A model generated the notes under the pieces. It worked only from the letters and a program-made list of their open reading frames with translations. It was not told the origin of the DNA and ran no database searches. 64,000 nucleotides of DNA from assembly GCF_009914755.1 (NCBI RefSeq), contig NC_060945.1; one strand, given 5' to 3'. Position numbers and translations under genes: made by a program. Source of the stretch: the human T2T-CHM13v2.0 reference genome, Homo sapiens. Of the stretch, positions 14,968-30,045 are shown piece by piece (within the stretch, counting starts at the first letter, position 1; each line of letters starts with the position of its first letter).

Positions 14968-15432
14968 TTAGTTTCCTATTGCTGGTATAAGAAATTACAA
15001 CAAACACAGCGCCTTAAAACAGTGTAAATTTGTCTTACATCTCTGGAGTCAGAGGTTCAAAAATCAGCCTCACGAAGCTAAAAACAAGTGTCAACGGGGT
15101 AAATTCCTTCTTCAAGCTTTGAAGGGAAGAATCTATTTTCTTGCCCTTTTACCTCCTAGTGGCTGCCTATATTATTTGGCTTGTGGACACTTCTTCACAT
15201 CACTTTAACCTATCACATCCATCATCACACCTACTACAGACTCTGAACTCCTGCCTCCCTCTTCTAAGATCCTTTGTGATTACATCATACTCACATGAAT
15301 AACCCAATATAATCTCTGCATCTCAAGATTCTTAACTTAATCAGATATTAAAAGAGCCTCTGCCATATAACATTCAGAGTTTCCAGGAGTTACGACATGA
15401 ACATCTTTGAGGGGTAATTTTTAAGTCTACGA
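14968..15432 (-). mobile_element. MLT1C/D-like LTR
   Basis: ttagtttcctattgctggtataagaaattacaac...atctcaagattcttaacttaatc...catctttgagggg. Confidence 0.8.
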
Positions 15433-15954
15433 TAAACATGAGCATCTTTACAAAAAGAACAAGTAGATGAATTTTAAGACACAAAATTTTAAATCCTTCA
15501 GATAAATGAGGTTGTAGAGCAGAATGCTGTGCCAAAATCTGGAGACACAGGTGCATCCATGGAGTCATAGTCGAGATCAGCTTACTGAAGCAAATCACTG
15601 AGCCATAAACTGATAGAAGTATTTCAACACTAATTTTTATCAATTGATGGAAACTGAGTGTGGTCCACTGTGAGAAATTCCCAGAGGCCACAGTTTCAAC
15701 CCTTGGTGGGCATCATCTCTAGTAACATCAACAATTTATCACTGAGAAGGTCTAAGAAAGATGCCATTGTTGACTCCTGCTGGTGAGGGAAATTAATTGT
15801 GAAACATGCCTAGAGGCTTCTCTCTAACAAACGTCTATTCTCTATGGAAAAAGACTTCTCCAGTGTCTTTTTCAAGCAGAGGGAAAGGCATTCTTCCCAA
15901 TCTAGTCCCCGTTAGGCTTCCTACATCACCTGTGGGTGAAAATGTAAACAAACG

Positions 15955-16640
<686 letters not shown>

Positions 16641-16699
16641 CAATAGTGAAAAGGAGTCAGAGCTTCAAGGAAATAGATCGGGAATACTGAACAAATGAG

Positions 16700-17640
16700 G
16701 GGACTAGGGAGAAGGGAGATTTAAAAAAATGTATTCTCAAGATACATGCCCATTCAACTACTGAAGATTTAGAATTAAGATGGCCTCATTCCTCCCCGAC
16801 AATTTGTCACCAAAGCAATGCAGTGTAATAACTAAGGATTGAAGCTTAAAGAGCTGCAAGACATGTATTGTCACTGAGGAGTACTTAGGGAAGCCAAAAA
16901 TCAATAAGAGACTAAAATAAAAACATTAGAAAACTGTAAACCACTGGCACCTATAGCTACAACAAAACTTAAACTAGCCCATCTCTAGCAAGATTTACAT
17001 CAATACTAATATAAAAAGCCTATTTACCTCAGTTAATATTACAGGTAAAAAATGTCAAGCATTCAACACAAATTAGATGGAATGCCAAAGGCAAGAAAAA
17101 ATATCCTTGGGGGAAATAATACAATTAACAGAACAAGACTATGATATGATACAGATATAATTATCAGATGAGGGATTTAAAATAACAATAATCAATGTGC
17201 TGAAGGCTTTAGTGAAAAGTAAAAGAAACAAGTTCAAGATCATATGGGTAATGAAAACAGAGAGATGGAAACTGTAAGAAAGAATAAAAAGAAAATGCTA
17301 GAAATAAAAAACATCCCGACGAAAATGAAGAATCCCTTCTATTGCTCAACAATAGATTTGACAAAATTGAGGAATGATTCAGTGGGCTTGAAATTACAAT
17401 ACAATTTTGTAAAGTAAAATTTAAAGACAGAAAGAATAATAATGTAAGAGAGAACTCAACATCCACGAACATGGGATGATTTCAAAAGGTGTTTCATAAA
17501 CAGAATTGGATTATCAGAACCAGAAGAGACAGGAAGACATATTCCAAGTTGTAATGTATGAAAACTTTCCAAAATTATTTACAGATAAAATCCTATCAAA
17601 TCCAGGAAGTTGAAAGAATAACAAGCAATATAAACACCAA
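16700..17640 (+). mobile_element. Ancient L1M 5'/ORF1 region
   Basis: Degenerate ORF1 motifs (ttatcagatgagggatttaaaataac; gaaaactttccaaaatt; atccaggaagttgaaagaataacaagca). Confidence 0.6.
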
Positions 17641-17650
17641 ATTTTTGATT

Positions 17651-17698
17651 TATAACAATAATATTACTATAACAATAATATTATAACAATAATATTAC
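17651..17698. repeat. Tandem repeat, ~16-nt unit TATAACAATAATATTA x3
   Basis: Read directly from the sequence. Confidence 0.85.
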
Positions 17699-17745
17699 AA
17701 AATTTATGAAATTGATTTTCATAAGTCAAGCATTGACCTAAGTAC

Positions 17746-20700
17746 TTTTATTTTTAATTTTTGTTTTGTGTTTGGGGGTACATGTGCAGGTTTGTTATAT
17801 TGGTAAAATGTGTGTTGCAGGAGCTTGGTGTACGGATTATTTTGTCACCCAGGTAATATGCATAGCACCCGATAGGTAGTTTTTGGATACTCACCCTCCT
17901 CCCAACCTTCACTCTCTAGTAGACCCCAGTGTCTGTTGTTTGCTTCTTTGTGTCCATATGTACTCAATGTTTAGCTCTCACTTACCAGAGAGAACATGCA
18001 GTGTTTGGTTTTCTGTTTCTATGTTAATTCACTTAGGATAATGACCTCCAGCTACATCCTTGTTGCTGTAAAGGACATTATCTTGTTTTTTTTTTTTTGT
18101 TTTTTTTTGTTTTTTTTTTTTTTTATGGCTGCATAGTATTGCATGGTATACATGTACCAAATTTTTAAAATCCAGTCTATTGCTGATGGGTATTTACATT
18201 GATTTCATGTATTTGCTATTGTAAATAGTGCTGCAATGAACATATGTGGTGATTGTAGACATCAATTCAACGCTATTCATATTAAACTACCTTTTGGTTT
18301 TCATCAGGATGAATACCATCTTGATGGTAGAAAATTTATATTCCTTTGGGTATATACCCAATACAGGGATGGCTGAGTCAAATGGTAACTCTGTTTTAAG
18401 TTCTCTGATAAATTTGCCAAACTGCTTTCCACAGTGGCTGAACTAATACTCATTCCAACCAGCCGTGTATAAGCATTCCCTCTTCTCTGTTCCAGCATCT
18501 GTTCTTTTTTTAACTTTATTCAATAACAGCCATTCTTATTGGTGTGAATGGTATCACATTGTGGTTCTGATTTGTATTTCTCTAATGATTAGTGATGTTG
18601 AACGTTTCTTTAGATGTTTTGTGGCCACACACATTTTCTTTTGAAAAGTGTTAGTGTCCTCTGCCCACTTTTTGCTGTGGTGGTTTGGTTTTTGCTTGTA
18701 AATTTGTTCCAGTTCCTTATAGATTCTTGACATTAAACTTTTGTCACATGCATAGTTTGCAAGTATTTTCTCCCATTTGTAGGTTTTCTATTTATTCTAT
18801 TGATTTTTTTTTCTGCTTTGCAGTTCTTTAGCTTAATTAGGTCCCATTTGTCAATTTTTCTTTTTGTTACAGTTACTTTTGGTGTTTTCATTATAAAGTT
18901 TTTGCCAGGGCCTATGTCCAGAATGGTTTTATCTAGTTTATCTTCCAAGGCTTTTATAATTTTAGGTTTTAAACTTAAGTCTTTAATTCATCTTAAGTTT
19001 ACATTTGTATATTGTGTAAGGTAGGAAGGAAGGAAGGAAGGGGTCCAGTTTCCATCTTCTGCATATGGCTAGCCAGTTATCCCAACAACATTTATTAAAT
19101 AGGAAGTCCTTTCCTCATTGCTTACTTTTGCCAACTTTGTGGAAGATCAAATGGTTGTAAGTGTGTGGCCTTATTTCTAAGCTCTCTATTGTGTTCTACT
19201 GGCCTATCTGCCTGTCTTTGTACCAGTACCATGCTGTTTTGGTTATTATAACCTTATAGTATAGTTTGAAGTTGGGTGATGTGATGCCTCCAGCTTTGTT
19301 TTGTTCTTTGTTTTTGTTTTTTGGCTTAGGATTGCTTTGGCTATTTGGGCTCTTTTGTGGACTCATATGAAATTTAGTATAGTTTTTTCGAATTATGTGA
19401 AGAATGTCATTGGTAGTTTGATATGAATAGCATTAAATTGTAAATTGCTTTTGGCAGTATGGCCATTTTAACAATAATGAATCTTCCTATTAACATATAT
19501 GAACTGTTTTTCCCTTTGTTTCAGTCATCTCCAATTTCTTTGCACAGTATTTTGTAATCCTCATTGTAGAGATCTTTCACCTCCTTTGTTAGCTGTATTC
19601 TTAGGTATTTAATTATTTTGTGGCTATTGTGAATGAAATTGTGTCTTGACTTGGCTTTAAGCTTGTACATTGTTTGCTGTTGAAAATGCTACTGATATTT
19701 GTGCATTAATTTTGTATCCTGAAACTTCACTGAAGTTGTTTATGAGATCAAGGATCTTTAGGGCAGAGATTATGGGGTTTTCTCAGTATAGAAACAAATA
19801 ATCAGTGAAAAGAGATAATGTGACTTTCTATCTTCCTATTTGCATGCCTTTTATTTCTTTCCCTTGCCTGATTTCTCTGACTAGTACTTCTAGTACTATG
19901 ATGAATAGAAGTAGTAAGAGTCAGTATCTTTTCTTTTTCCAGTTCTTAAGGAGAATTATTCCAGCTTTTGCCCATATAGTATGATGTTGGCTGTAAGTTT
20001 GTCACAGATGGCTCTTATTATTTTGAGGTGTGTTCCTTCAATACTTAGTCAGTTGACGGTTTTTAACATAAAGGATAAATTTTACTGAAAACCTTTCCTT
20101 AGTCTATTGAGATGATCATGTAGTTTTTGTTTTCACTTTTTTTAATGTGATGAATAATATTTATTGATTTGTGTGTTGAATCAACCTCACATCTTATTAA
20201 TAAAGTCTACTTGATTGTGATGAATTAGCTTTTTCATTTGCTGCTGGATTCAGTTTACTAGAATTCTGTTGAGTATGTTTGTATCTATGTTCTTCAAGGA
20301 TATTGGCCTGAAATTTTCCTTTTTTGTGTGTTTGTCTCTGCTAGGTTTTTGTATAAGAATGATGCTGACCTCACCAAATGACTTCAGGAGGATTCCCCCC
20401 TAGTCAAGTTTTTGGAATACTTTCAATATTAATGGTATCAATTCTTCTTTATACATGTGGTAGAATTTGGCTGTGAATTTATCTGGTCTTGTGCTTTTTC
20501 TGGTTGGTAACTTTTTTTTTTATTATGTATTCCATTTGGGAACTCATTATTGGTTTGTTCAGGAATTCAATTTCTTCCCTTTTCTATCTTGGGGAGTTGT
20601 ATGTTTCATTAAGTTATCATCTATTTCTTTCAGGTTTTCTAGATTGTGTGCATAGAGGTGTTCATAGTAATCAGTAGTCTCTCAGTTTTTGGGGTTTTTT

Positions 20701-23310
20701 TGTTTTTTTTTTTTTGTATTTCTGTGGGGTTGGTGGTAATGTCCCCTTTGTCATTTCTGATTGTGTTTATTTGGATCTTTCTATTTTTCATTAGTCTAGG
20801 TAGCAGCCTATCAATCTTATTTATCTTTCAAAAAATAAATTCATAGGTTCATTGATCTTTTCTATAGTTTTTCACATTTTAGTTCAGCTCTAATTTTTTT
20901 TCTCTCCTTCTGATAGCTTTGAGGTTGGTTTGCTCTTGTTTCTCTAGTTCTCCAAGTGTCATATTATGTTGCAAGTTTGTCTTTCTAACTTTTCAATGTG
21001 GCTGTTTAGTGCTATAAACTTCTGTCTTCACATTACTTTAGCTGTGTCCCAGAGGTTGCGATATGTTGTATTTTTGTTCTCATTAGTTCCAAATAATTTA
21101 TTGATTGCTGTCTTAATTTTTTTGTTGACCCGAAAGTCACTAAGGCAAGGCTGTTTAATTTCCATATAATTGTATTGTTTTGAGTGATGCTTTCATTATT
21201 GATACCCATTATTATTGCACTGTGGTCTGAGAGTGTGGCTGGTATGTTTTTAGTTTTTAAAAGTTTGCTGATAATTGTTTAATGACCAATTATGTGGATA
21301 ATTGTATAGTATGTGCCATATACAGATGAGAAGAATCTATATTCTGTTGGTTTTGGGTGGAGAGTTCTGTAGATGTCAGTTAGCTTCATTTGGTCAGGTG
21401 TCAAACTCAGGTCCTGAATATTTTTTTTATCTTTCTGCCTCTCTATCCTGTCTATTACTCTTTGTAAGTTATTGAAGTCTCCCACTATTATTGTGTGGTC
21501 TTCTAAGTCTCTTTGCAGGTCTCTAAGAATTTGTTTTATGAATCTAGGTTCTACAGTGTTGGATGCATGTACATTTAGGATAGCTAGGTCTTCTTGTTGA
21601 ATTGAACCCTTTACCATTATGAAATGTTCTCCTTTGTTCTTTCTGATAATTATTGGTTTAAAGCCTGGTTTGTCTGAAATAAGAATAGCAACTTTTGCTC
21701 TTGATGGTTTTCCATTTGCTTATGAGACCTGTCTCCATCCCTTTACTTTGAACCCATGGGTATCATTGCATGTGAGATGGATCTCTTAAAGACATCACAC
21801 AGTTGGTTCTTGCTTTATCCAACTTTCCACTCTGTGCCTTTTAATTGAGGCATCTATCCCATTTACATTCAAGTTTAATATTGATATTTGTGGATTTGAT
21901 CATGTCTTCATATTGTTAGCTATTTATTATGCAGACTTGATTGTATAGTTGTTTTATAATGCCAATGGTCTATGTACTTAAACTGTATTTTGTGTTGTCC
22001 CGGAACGGTCTTTCCTTTTTATATTTAGTACACCCTTAAGGACCTCCTGTAAGACAGGTCTGGTACTAACAAATTCGCTTAGCATTTGCTTATCTGAAAA
22101 GAATCTCATTTCTCCTTCACTTATGAAACTTAGTTTGACTGGAAATGAAATTCTTGGTTGGAATTTCTTTTCCTTAAGAATGCTAAAAGTAGACCCACAA
22201 ACTCTTCTGGCTTGTAGGGTTTCTGCTGAAAATTCTGCTGTTAGCCTGATGGAGTTCCTTTTGTAGGTGACCTGCCTGTTTCTCTAGCTGCATTTAACAT
22301 TTTTTTCTTACATTTCAATGTTGGAGAACCTGATGACTATGTGTCTTGGGTATGGTCATCTTGTGTAGTATCTCACAGGGGTCCTCTGCATATCCTGAAT
22401 TTGAGTGTTAGTCTTCTAGTGTGGTTGGGGACATTTTTACAAACTTTATCGGCAAATATGTTTTCCAAGTTGCTTGCATTCTCTCCCTCTGCTTCAGGAA
22501 TGCCAATGAGTCATAGATTTTAATCTCTTTATATAGTGTCGTATTTCTCAGAGGTATTCTTCATTTTTCTTTTTTTTCTGTTTTTTTCTGACTGAGTTGT
22601 TTTGGAGAAGTCTTTAATCTCTGATATTCTGTCATCAACTTGGTTAATTCTACTGTTAATTCTTGCAATTGTATTATAAAATTTGAAGTGAGTTTTTCAG
22701 CTCCATCAGATCAGTTTAGTTCCTTCTCAAAATGCCCATTACTTCTTTCAGCTTCTTTATTATTCTGTTGTATTCTTATAGTCCTTGGATTGGATTTTGA
22801 CTGTTTATTAAATCTTGACGATCATCATTCCTATCCAGATTTTGAATTCTCTGTCTGTCATTTCAGCCATTTTAGCCTGGTTAAGAATCATTGCTGGGGA
22901 AATAATGTGGGTATTTGGAGGAAAAAAAGACACTCTGGCTATTTGAGCTGTCGTTGTTCTTGTGCTGGTTCTTTCTCATATCCGTGTGCTGAAGTTTCTT
23001 CAGTCTTTGCAGATGCTATCCTTTGGATAAGTTTTTTGCTTTTATCTTATTTGATGCTGTTGGGGGTTTTATGGTGGTATAAAGTGGGTTACAGTCTTCA
23101 TTTCTGGAAGATTCTAGTGGGTCAAGGCTCGGCTCAGCACTCCTTGGTTGTGTGTTCCAACTATCGGGAGCTGGTACTGAGCTCTGGCTTTGTTTTCTGG
23201 ACCCCCAAGGTTAGAAATCTGCTATGCTATAGGGGCCAAGGTGTTCCTAGTCTACTGGCCCCAACACTCAATCAGTGGTGCGGGTGTTGGCATAACTTAT
23301 GTATTTGGTG
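17746..23310 (-). mobile_element. Near full-length old primate L1 (L1PA13-15-like), degenerate
   Basis: Colinear 3'UTR, ORF2 (EN-domain peptide MVKGSIQQEDL...IIVGDFN at 21279-21617), ORF1 and part of the 5' region; many stops; internal poly(T) and (GGAA)n expansions. Confidence 0.9.
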
Positions 23311-23316
23311 CAGAAA

Positions 23317-23760
23317 TGTTTACCTAGGAAAATAAGCCTATAAATTAGTAAACAATTTTACATTTTCCTAAGAAATTTTTTCAAAGCCATATTATTTTTC
23401 CTCAAGTAAAGAGTTAGATAATTTAGGCAAGCAAGTCTCCCCTCAGGCAATAGATTGCTAACCTGTCCAAACAGCTTGCTTATTTTACAACAGTTTACTT
23501 ATCAAGGCCATTATCTAACTGTGTCCACCAATCTTAATTATGTCACCATCTTTGCACGAACCTAATTATCTTCTTTCTTTGAATGAACAGAAATAATCTG
23601 CAGTATCACAGGTGTAGGCATCTTGTAAATACCCTCCTCTGTCCATTCCGTTCTGAAATGCTGCAGACTCAAGACTCTTCTTTTCAGTAAGAATAATTTA
23701 CTTACCTTTCTTTGGTGAACAGTTTTCTTTGTTATTGTTGATCTTTTGATGGTACCAGCG
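23317..23760 (+). mobile_element. Possible ERV1-type LTR
   Basis: TG start, TATA-like tgtaaata, and U5-like T-rich end; family not recognised. Confidence 0.3.
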
Positions 23761-26243
23761 GTCAAAACTTATTTTATAGCAGATATAGAACTAAGTTATA
23801 ATCCATGCTTTGACTCAAAGATCTCAACAGTCTTCAGTCATCTTATTGAATGCATCTTATTAAAATACATCTCCACTGTATATTTTTCTCTATGGAGATG
23901 AGCTTCCTTAAAAACTCACCCACTTCTATGCAACAGAATAATTCATCTTAATCTCTAGTTTTTACCATTCTTCGAACTCTAGTCCTGCATTTTCTACTGC
24001 CTGCAGGACTTTTCCACTTGACTGCATTTCTATCATCTGACACCATTTAACTGACACTATTTAAACTAAACTCATCTATGCCAAAAATGTAATTCTCTGG
24101 ACTTCATTATTATACCAAAATTTGGCAGACGTTTTAAAAATCTTATGCACACATTTCTTGTCACCCTATTAACATTGTAAATGTCCTGAGGAAAAGGATC
24201 TCATAAGATACTTCTCAATATTATCTTTCTCTTCTGCTAAGCACAATGCAGTGCATGAGGTGTTCAGTAAAGAGAGAAAAAGTGAAAAATGAGAGAGCTG
24301 TAAGTCATTTTAATTACTACATAAAATTAGGTTTGGCATGATATTTAAAATTACAATTTAATTTGATTCAATGGTCATGAGCTAGTGTCATCAGGACTGC
24401 TCAAAAAACCCCAGGGGTACTTATAATGAATAATTATCATACCCTGACCCCTAGGCAGGCTGTTCTTAGGTTGTGAGTGTCATGAAATGAACCCTGGAGG
24501 TGATATTAGGGAAAAGAGAAAAAATGAAGACAGCTTTTTTCTTTCTCTCACTAGAATAGTCTGCTGACAACAGGCAATTAAAGTTCAAGGATATTTGAGA
24601 GAGGAAGCCCATTTTAAATATGGAAGAGAAAGTTGAGTGATAGAAGGGTTAGATAAATTGAGTCCAGCAGTACAACCTCAAGAATAAGTTCTGAAAGGAA
24701 ATCCTTGTAAACTGTTTGGTTTTCTTTTATAGAATCACCTAAGTTGGTCACCATAGAGATGACACAAGCAAAGACAGTACTCTCTTCCTCTAAGCTTGCA
24801 AATGCCTTTGTAAGAATGGACACCAGCAAATTCCACCCCCAAAAAGAGAGATATAATAGAAACAGAGCAATATTGTCAAACACCAGGACTTCTGATCTAT
24901 GTCCCAGCAGTAGTGGTAAAAATGAATCAAGACAACAAATGTAATTTTTTTTCTTTCTTCCTATAATATAATTGTAGATAAACATGAGAAGTCATATATT
25001 ATTAGGTCAGGGTTAAGTAAAAATGATGCAGCATTCATTTTCATTCAATTTAATTCAACAAATGCTTAGTAAAAGTCATGTGGTAGATACTCTACCAATA
25101 TTGTGGATACACAAAAGGAGTTAATACATAACCTATTCCCTCAAGAAGATGCATTTATTTGTAGTTAGAAGCCCCAGTACTATGTGGAAATTCTATATAC
25201 TTTTATTCCATTCCTCTTTCTACTCTCTTAGGTCATTTCACACTTTCTCATTATTATTAAACTTCTCAAAAATCATTCTGACAAGATAACTCGTAAGTTT
25301 CTCAGAACAGAAAATATATAACAAAATGAATGTGTGAATGAAGTAAAATAATTTCAATATTTCTGTGTAATGCAAAAAATCAAAAAAACAAAGTTCTCTG
25401 GTTTTCACTTAATTTGTTTGGCAAATAGCTCTTATTCTCATAGCTTATTCATTTTTACAGAAATATTGCCATAATTCTGGTTGCTCTTTTACACTAACCA
25501 TCACAGAGGTAAATGAAAAAACCTTTCTTGTGTAATTTCAGAAGGTAATGCCTTTTAATGTAACTCTATATTTTAACATTTTGATTTTAGAACAGAGCTT
25601 TAGTGTTGATAAGGCATAATTATATACATGTATTAATAATTACACACATGTAGAGGTATTATATATAATGGAAATTGAATATACTCTACATAAAAATAAA
25701 ATTATAAGCAAATGAACATTATTGAAATGCATTATTAGTAAAACTGATGCTGTAGGTAAAACTAATTATAATTAAAATCAAAATATTTACTGAACCTACT
25801 TACTCCTATAATTTGCGTTGCTGGTTAAAACCCAGCTATAAAAATTTTGATCAAAAATTTTTATTTTGTAAATGATCTGACACAGCATAAATGTTAATCA
25901 CATTTCTTTATTTTATTTGCAGATTAATTTGAGTAATTTGAAAAATTATTAATGTTACTTAATTACTCTCAACACCTTACAGTGTCTCCTGTAAGCACTA
26001 TTGGTGATACTGAATTTAAGTTACATTTAACAACTATCAGAAAATAGTTTTTAAAGTAAAAATTATGATTTGGAGTTTACCAACTAAATCTTGTTAGCTT
26101 TCACTGCCTCTATTGAGAAGAGCAGCAGTTCTTATCTTCCTCCTTTTTCTTCTTTAATTAACAAGAGATTATTTGTATCATAGCCATAAAATCAGTTCAG
26201 GTCTTACATGAACGACACCCCTGACTGCAATGGTGTAGTTTAT

Positions 26244-26604
26244 TGTATTAGTCCATTTTCATGCTGCTGATAAAGACATACATAAGACTGGGTAATTTAT
26301 AAAGAAATAGAAGTTTAACGGACTCACAGTTCCATGTGGCTGGGGAAGCCTCACAATCATGATCGAAGGCAAAAGGCACATCTTACATGGCAACAGGCAA
26401 GAGAGAATGAGAGCGAAGTGAAAGGAGAAACCCCTTATAAAACCTTCAGACCTCATGAGACTTATTCACTACCACAAGAACAGTATGTGAGAAACAGTCC
26501 CATGATCCAGTTATCTCCCACTGGGTCCCTCCCACCACACAAGGGAATTATGGGAACTGCAATTCAAGATGAAATGTGGGTGGAAGCACAACGGAACTAT
26601 ATCA
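26244..26604 (-). mobile_element. THE1 (B/C-like) solo LTR
   Basis: tgtattagtccattttcatgctgctgataaagacatac...actatatca; 5-bp TSD TTTAT/TTGAT. Confidence 0.92.
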
Positions 26605-28355
26605 TTGATCAAAGCATTATTGTTTTCTCTGATAAGCTGATCTAGAAAGTGCTGCTTGTGATCAGCTTTGGTGACCATGATCAGTGAAATGGTTAAGGAA
26701 ATCTACAGATTTTGTAGGTTTGTGCCTTGACAGACGACCGGTATCTGTTTCTCTTTTCATGATGAAGTATCTAACAAAGCTCTGTCCAAAATTTTGAATT
26801 TCTCGTTAAAAGCATCATGATTATAGAACAGAGGTTACAATCAATTATTCAGTCACACAATCACTCTCATCAGTCATTAAGGTGCGTACCTGGTGTTCCA
26901 GTTATTCAGTGTGGTATAACAAACTACCTGGAACTTAATGGCTTGAAATAGTCACCATTACATTATGATTGTCCATTCTCTGCATCAATAATTAGGATTT
27001 GGCAAAGAGGGAATGGTTTGTTTACAGACAGACTCCAATGTCTGGGAATAACTTGAAAATATAAAGATTTCTTTTTAAAAATGTTATCTTTAAATTTATT
27101 TTTATTCCATATATTTAAGGTGTACACAATGATGTTTTGATATACACATGAATTTGGATCTATGTTTCAAGATCACCGTCTGTATCTGGTGAGGGGTAGG
27201 AGAGAATAGAAGAATGCTGCTAGAGATGGCTCCTTAAACAGACCAGAGAAAAGAGTCTGAAGTAGTAACTTAGCTAGCATGTTTAATCTACATAGAGTAT
27301 AACTAGAAAATAGTCATATTCTAGGTTGAGATACAAGAAATGGGATGTGTAAGAGAAAGATAATGAAGATGCAGATAAATTCTCCATTTTCAGTGTTATT
27401 TGGTTCTACATAGCATATTGGTAAAAGACTACAACTACTTATTTTTCTCTTTATGATAGCATCATTGTAACACATTTTTTAACCCAAATGCATACATGAT
27501 TGTAGCAGTTTGCTTAATAACTCCTTTTTATTCTGAGGCTTCCCAGGCAAATGCTAAGTGAACATAAAATGAATGTATGTTATCTACACATTTAATATAA
27601 AAAATAAAATAAATGAATGAGTGGATAAATGTAGAGTTTTTAAAACATAAATGATTTAATGCATTCAATAAAACATTTTTATTATAAATAGTTCAGGGAT
27701 AATTTTTAATTCCTTATTTCCCTAAAAATAATTCAAGATCATTATTATAAAAATATTCAACAAACCACTAATCATAGAATTAATATGAATGTAGTAATCC
27801 CTTCTGTACCTTGGAGTCAAAATCTACCACATAATTATTAGGCAATTAATATTTTGGAAAAAAAGTTTAAATATGCTAATTAAAGTGTTTGTTTTTAATT
27901 GTAAAGGGTCATTACCAAGTAATGTGCTGGTAAGTGTCACTTACAAATGGTTAGGAAATGAAAGTTATGAACAATAAAATTAGTTCAAGTTCATTTTTTG
28001 TCTAGGAATATTAAATGCTTTATCATTACACTTAGTTGTAACTTCACTTCATCTGACTCCATATTAATGATGGCAGGGATTTCAGAAAAAAATAAGTATG
28101 ATATTCCTCATGGATTGCTCATCAGAGATATTGATTATGCTCAATTATTTCCTATAAAGGCAGGATTAAAGTTTATGAGCACAAATGAGAGAGCTTGGTT
28201 TACTATACTGAACCTTTACTTGAGAATATGTATATCATATATATATGTAAATTTTTGTTGCTGTTCAGTGTTATTTTGGTCAATTTAAATAGTCAAATAT
28301 GGTTATTTTCTGCTAAAATATCAAAATATCTTAATCCTCTGTATTATTATGATCG

Positions 28356-29250
28356 TTCATTCATTCAAAATTTCTTGAGCACCTTTTAGGTACTTGAAAT
28401 AAACCACTAAACACAACAAAAGTTTCTTTCCTTCTCTTGTAGAACAACAAACACAAAATAAGTAAATTATATGATGTGTTTATATGTGATAAATATTATG
28501 AAAAATAGAAACATTAGATTAAATAGAGGTTTGGGGAGTCAAGGATGTGTATCATGGTTTATAATTATAAAGATATTGATCAGAATCAATACAGGCCTCA
28601 TTGGGAAGATGTCATTTGAGCAACAAATAAAAGGAGGAAAAACACTGATTTGTGAGGATATTTGCAAGTTCATAAAGCAGAAGTGTGCCTTCCCTGTTTG
28701 CGAAACCTCTGAGATGTTGGTAAGCCTGAAATGAGATATTCAAGGAAAAGGTACTGAGGGAAAGAGGATGGTAGAGTGTGCAGATATATGTAGGAAACTG
28801 TGGGCTACTGTGAGGAATTTGCTTATACTCTGACTGAAATATGGAGCCAGTATTAGGTTTTGACATGATCTGACAGAGTCACTCTAACTACCGGGTTAAG
28901 TGTAGGTTTGTAAGAGTGGACTTAGGGAAATTAATTAGGAGGCCATTGCAGAAATACAAACGAGATGACAGCGTCGAGGACCAACATGTTAGTAATGGAG
29001 GTGGTGAGCAGTGGCCATTTTCTGCATATTTGCAATGTAAATGCCGCAGAATTTCCTGGTGGATTGGAAAAGAAAAGAGATATGTGAAAAAGGAAAAAGA
29101 AGAGTCAAGAAAGAGGCTTGTTTGGGCCAAACGAATTGGAAGGGCCGCGTCGCCATCAGCTGGATGCATAGAAGACTGCAGCGGAGCAGGTGTGGCAGGG
29201 AGTGGTAGGGAGGAGCAAAGCTTCTGTTTTAATTAAGTATGAAAACTTAC
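28356..29250 (-). mobile_element. L2 (L2a-like) 3' fragment
   Basis: ttcattcattcaaaatttcttgagcacc tail in reverse; aggaggccattgcagaaatacaaacgagatga motif. Confidence 0.75.
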
Positions 29251-29369
29251 CACATATGTGGAAGTTTCTGTTCATTCAAAAAATGTTTTGTTTGTTTTGG
29301 TAAGGCTAACACTGATTTTTTTTTAAAGCATTTGGTTTAATAGTCATAGAATTGAGTCCATTTCTATCA

Positions 29370-29750
29370 GAGCATTGTATTGTGGAAAGAATTTGCCACG
29401 TGACTTGTTTTGGTTCATGGAAGAAGAGATGAAGTAACCCACGCCTTGAAAAGTGCTCACCCAGTGAGACTTGCCCCACTCTTCTCTCTGAGATGCTTTT
29501 TGTCATTGTATGAACAGGTCGGGGATAATATTTTAAAAGATGAGAGACCACTCAGAGAAAGTGCCTGAGTGTCTTAGTTCCAGCTGGACCCTGGAGGGAA
29601 AACATCCAAGACCACCCAACCCTGATCAAACAAACAAACCACCTAGCCAAGTAACAGTCAAAGAAAATCTTGTTGTTTTGTTACGTGCTACTAATTTTTT
29701 GAGGGAAATTGCGGGGCACATTGTGACGTAGCAAAGGTTAATTGATATAA
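29370..29750 (+). mobile_element. Old MLT1 (I/J-like) LTR
   Basis: 3' motif ttgttgttttgttacgtgctactaattttt...gtagcaaaggttaattgata. Confidence 0.4.
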
Positions 29751-29839
29751 ATACCAACCAGGTTATTTATCTAGTTAACGTCATTGATATTATAATCTAG
29801 ATGATTACAAAATCTCCAATTCATTGAAAAAAGATGTAA

Positions 29840-30045
29840 CTTTTGAGACCAGTAAGACCTGACTTTGAATCTGGAGCTTGATACTTTGCAGTTGCCTGAC
29901 TCTCATCTCTTAATTTTGCCGCACTTGATTTGGGCCCTAAGAAAAAAATGGGAACACAACCTTGTACAGCTTTTGTAGATGAAATAAACTTTATAAATAA
30001 AATATATTCAGCATATACTACATGCTCAACAAACTATTATTATTT
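29840..30045 (+). mobile_element. MIR
   Basis: agacctgactttgaatctggagctt...catgctcaacaaactattatt. Confidence 0.55.

Noticed and set aside
17651-17698. Short repeats here, at 39005-39037 and at 50438-50487 as CRISPR-like arrays
   Set aside because: Head-to-tail slippage repeats without spacers, in eukaryotic DNA
22640-23335. 231-aa Cys/Ser/Leu-rich ORF
   Set aside because: Antisense frame of the old L1 ORF1/5' region; no domain recognisable
25838-25864. Near-palindrome ataaaaattttgatcaaaaatttttat
   Set aside because: Low complexity; expected by chance in AT-rich DNA
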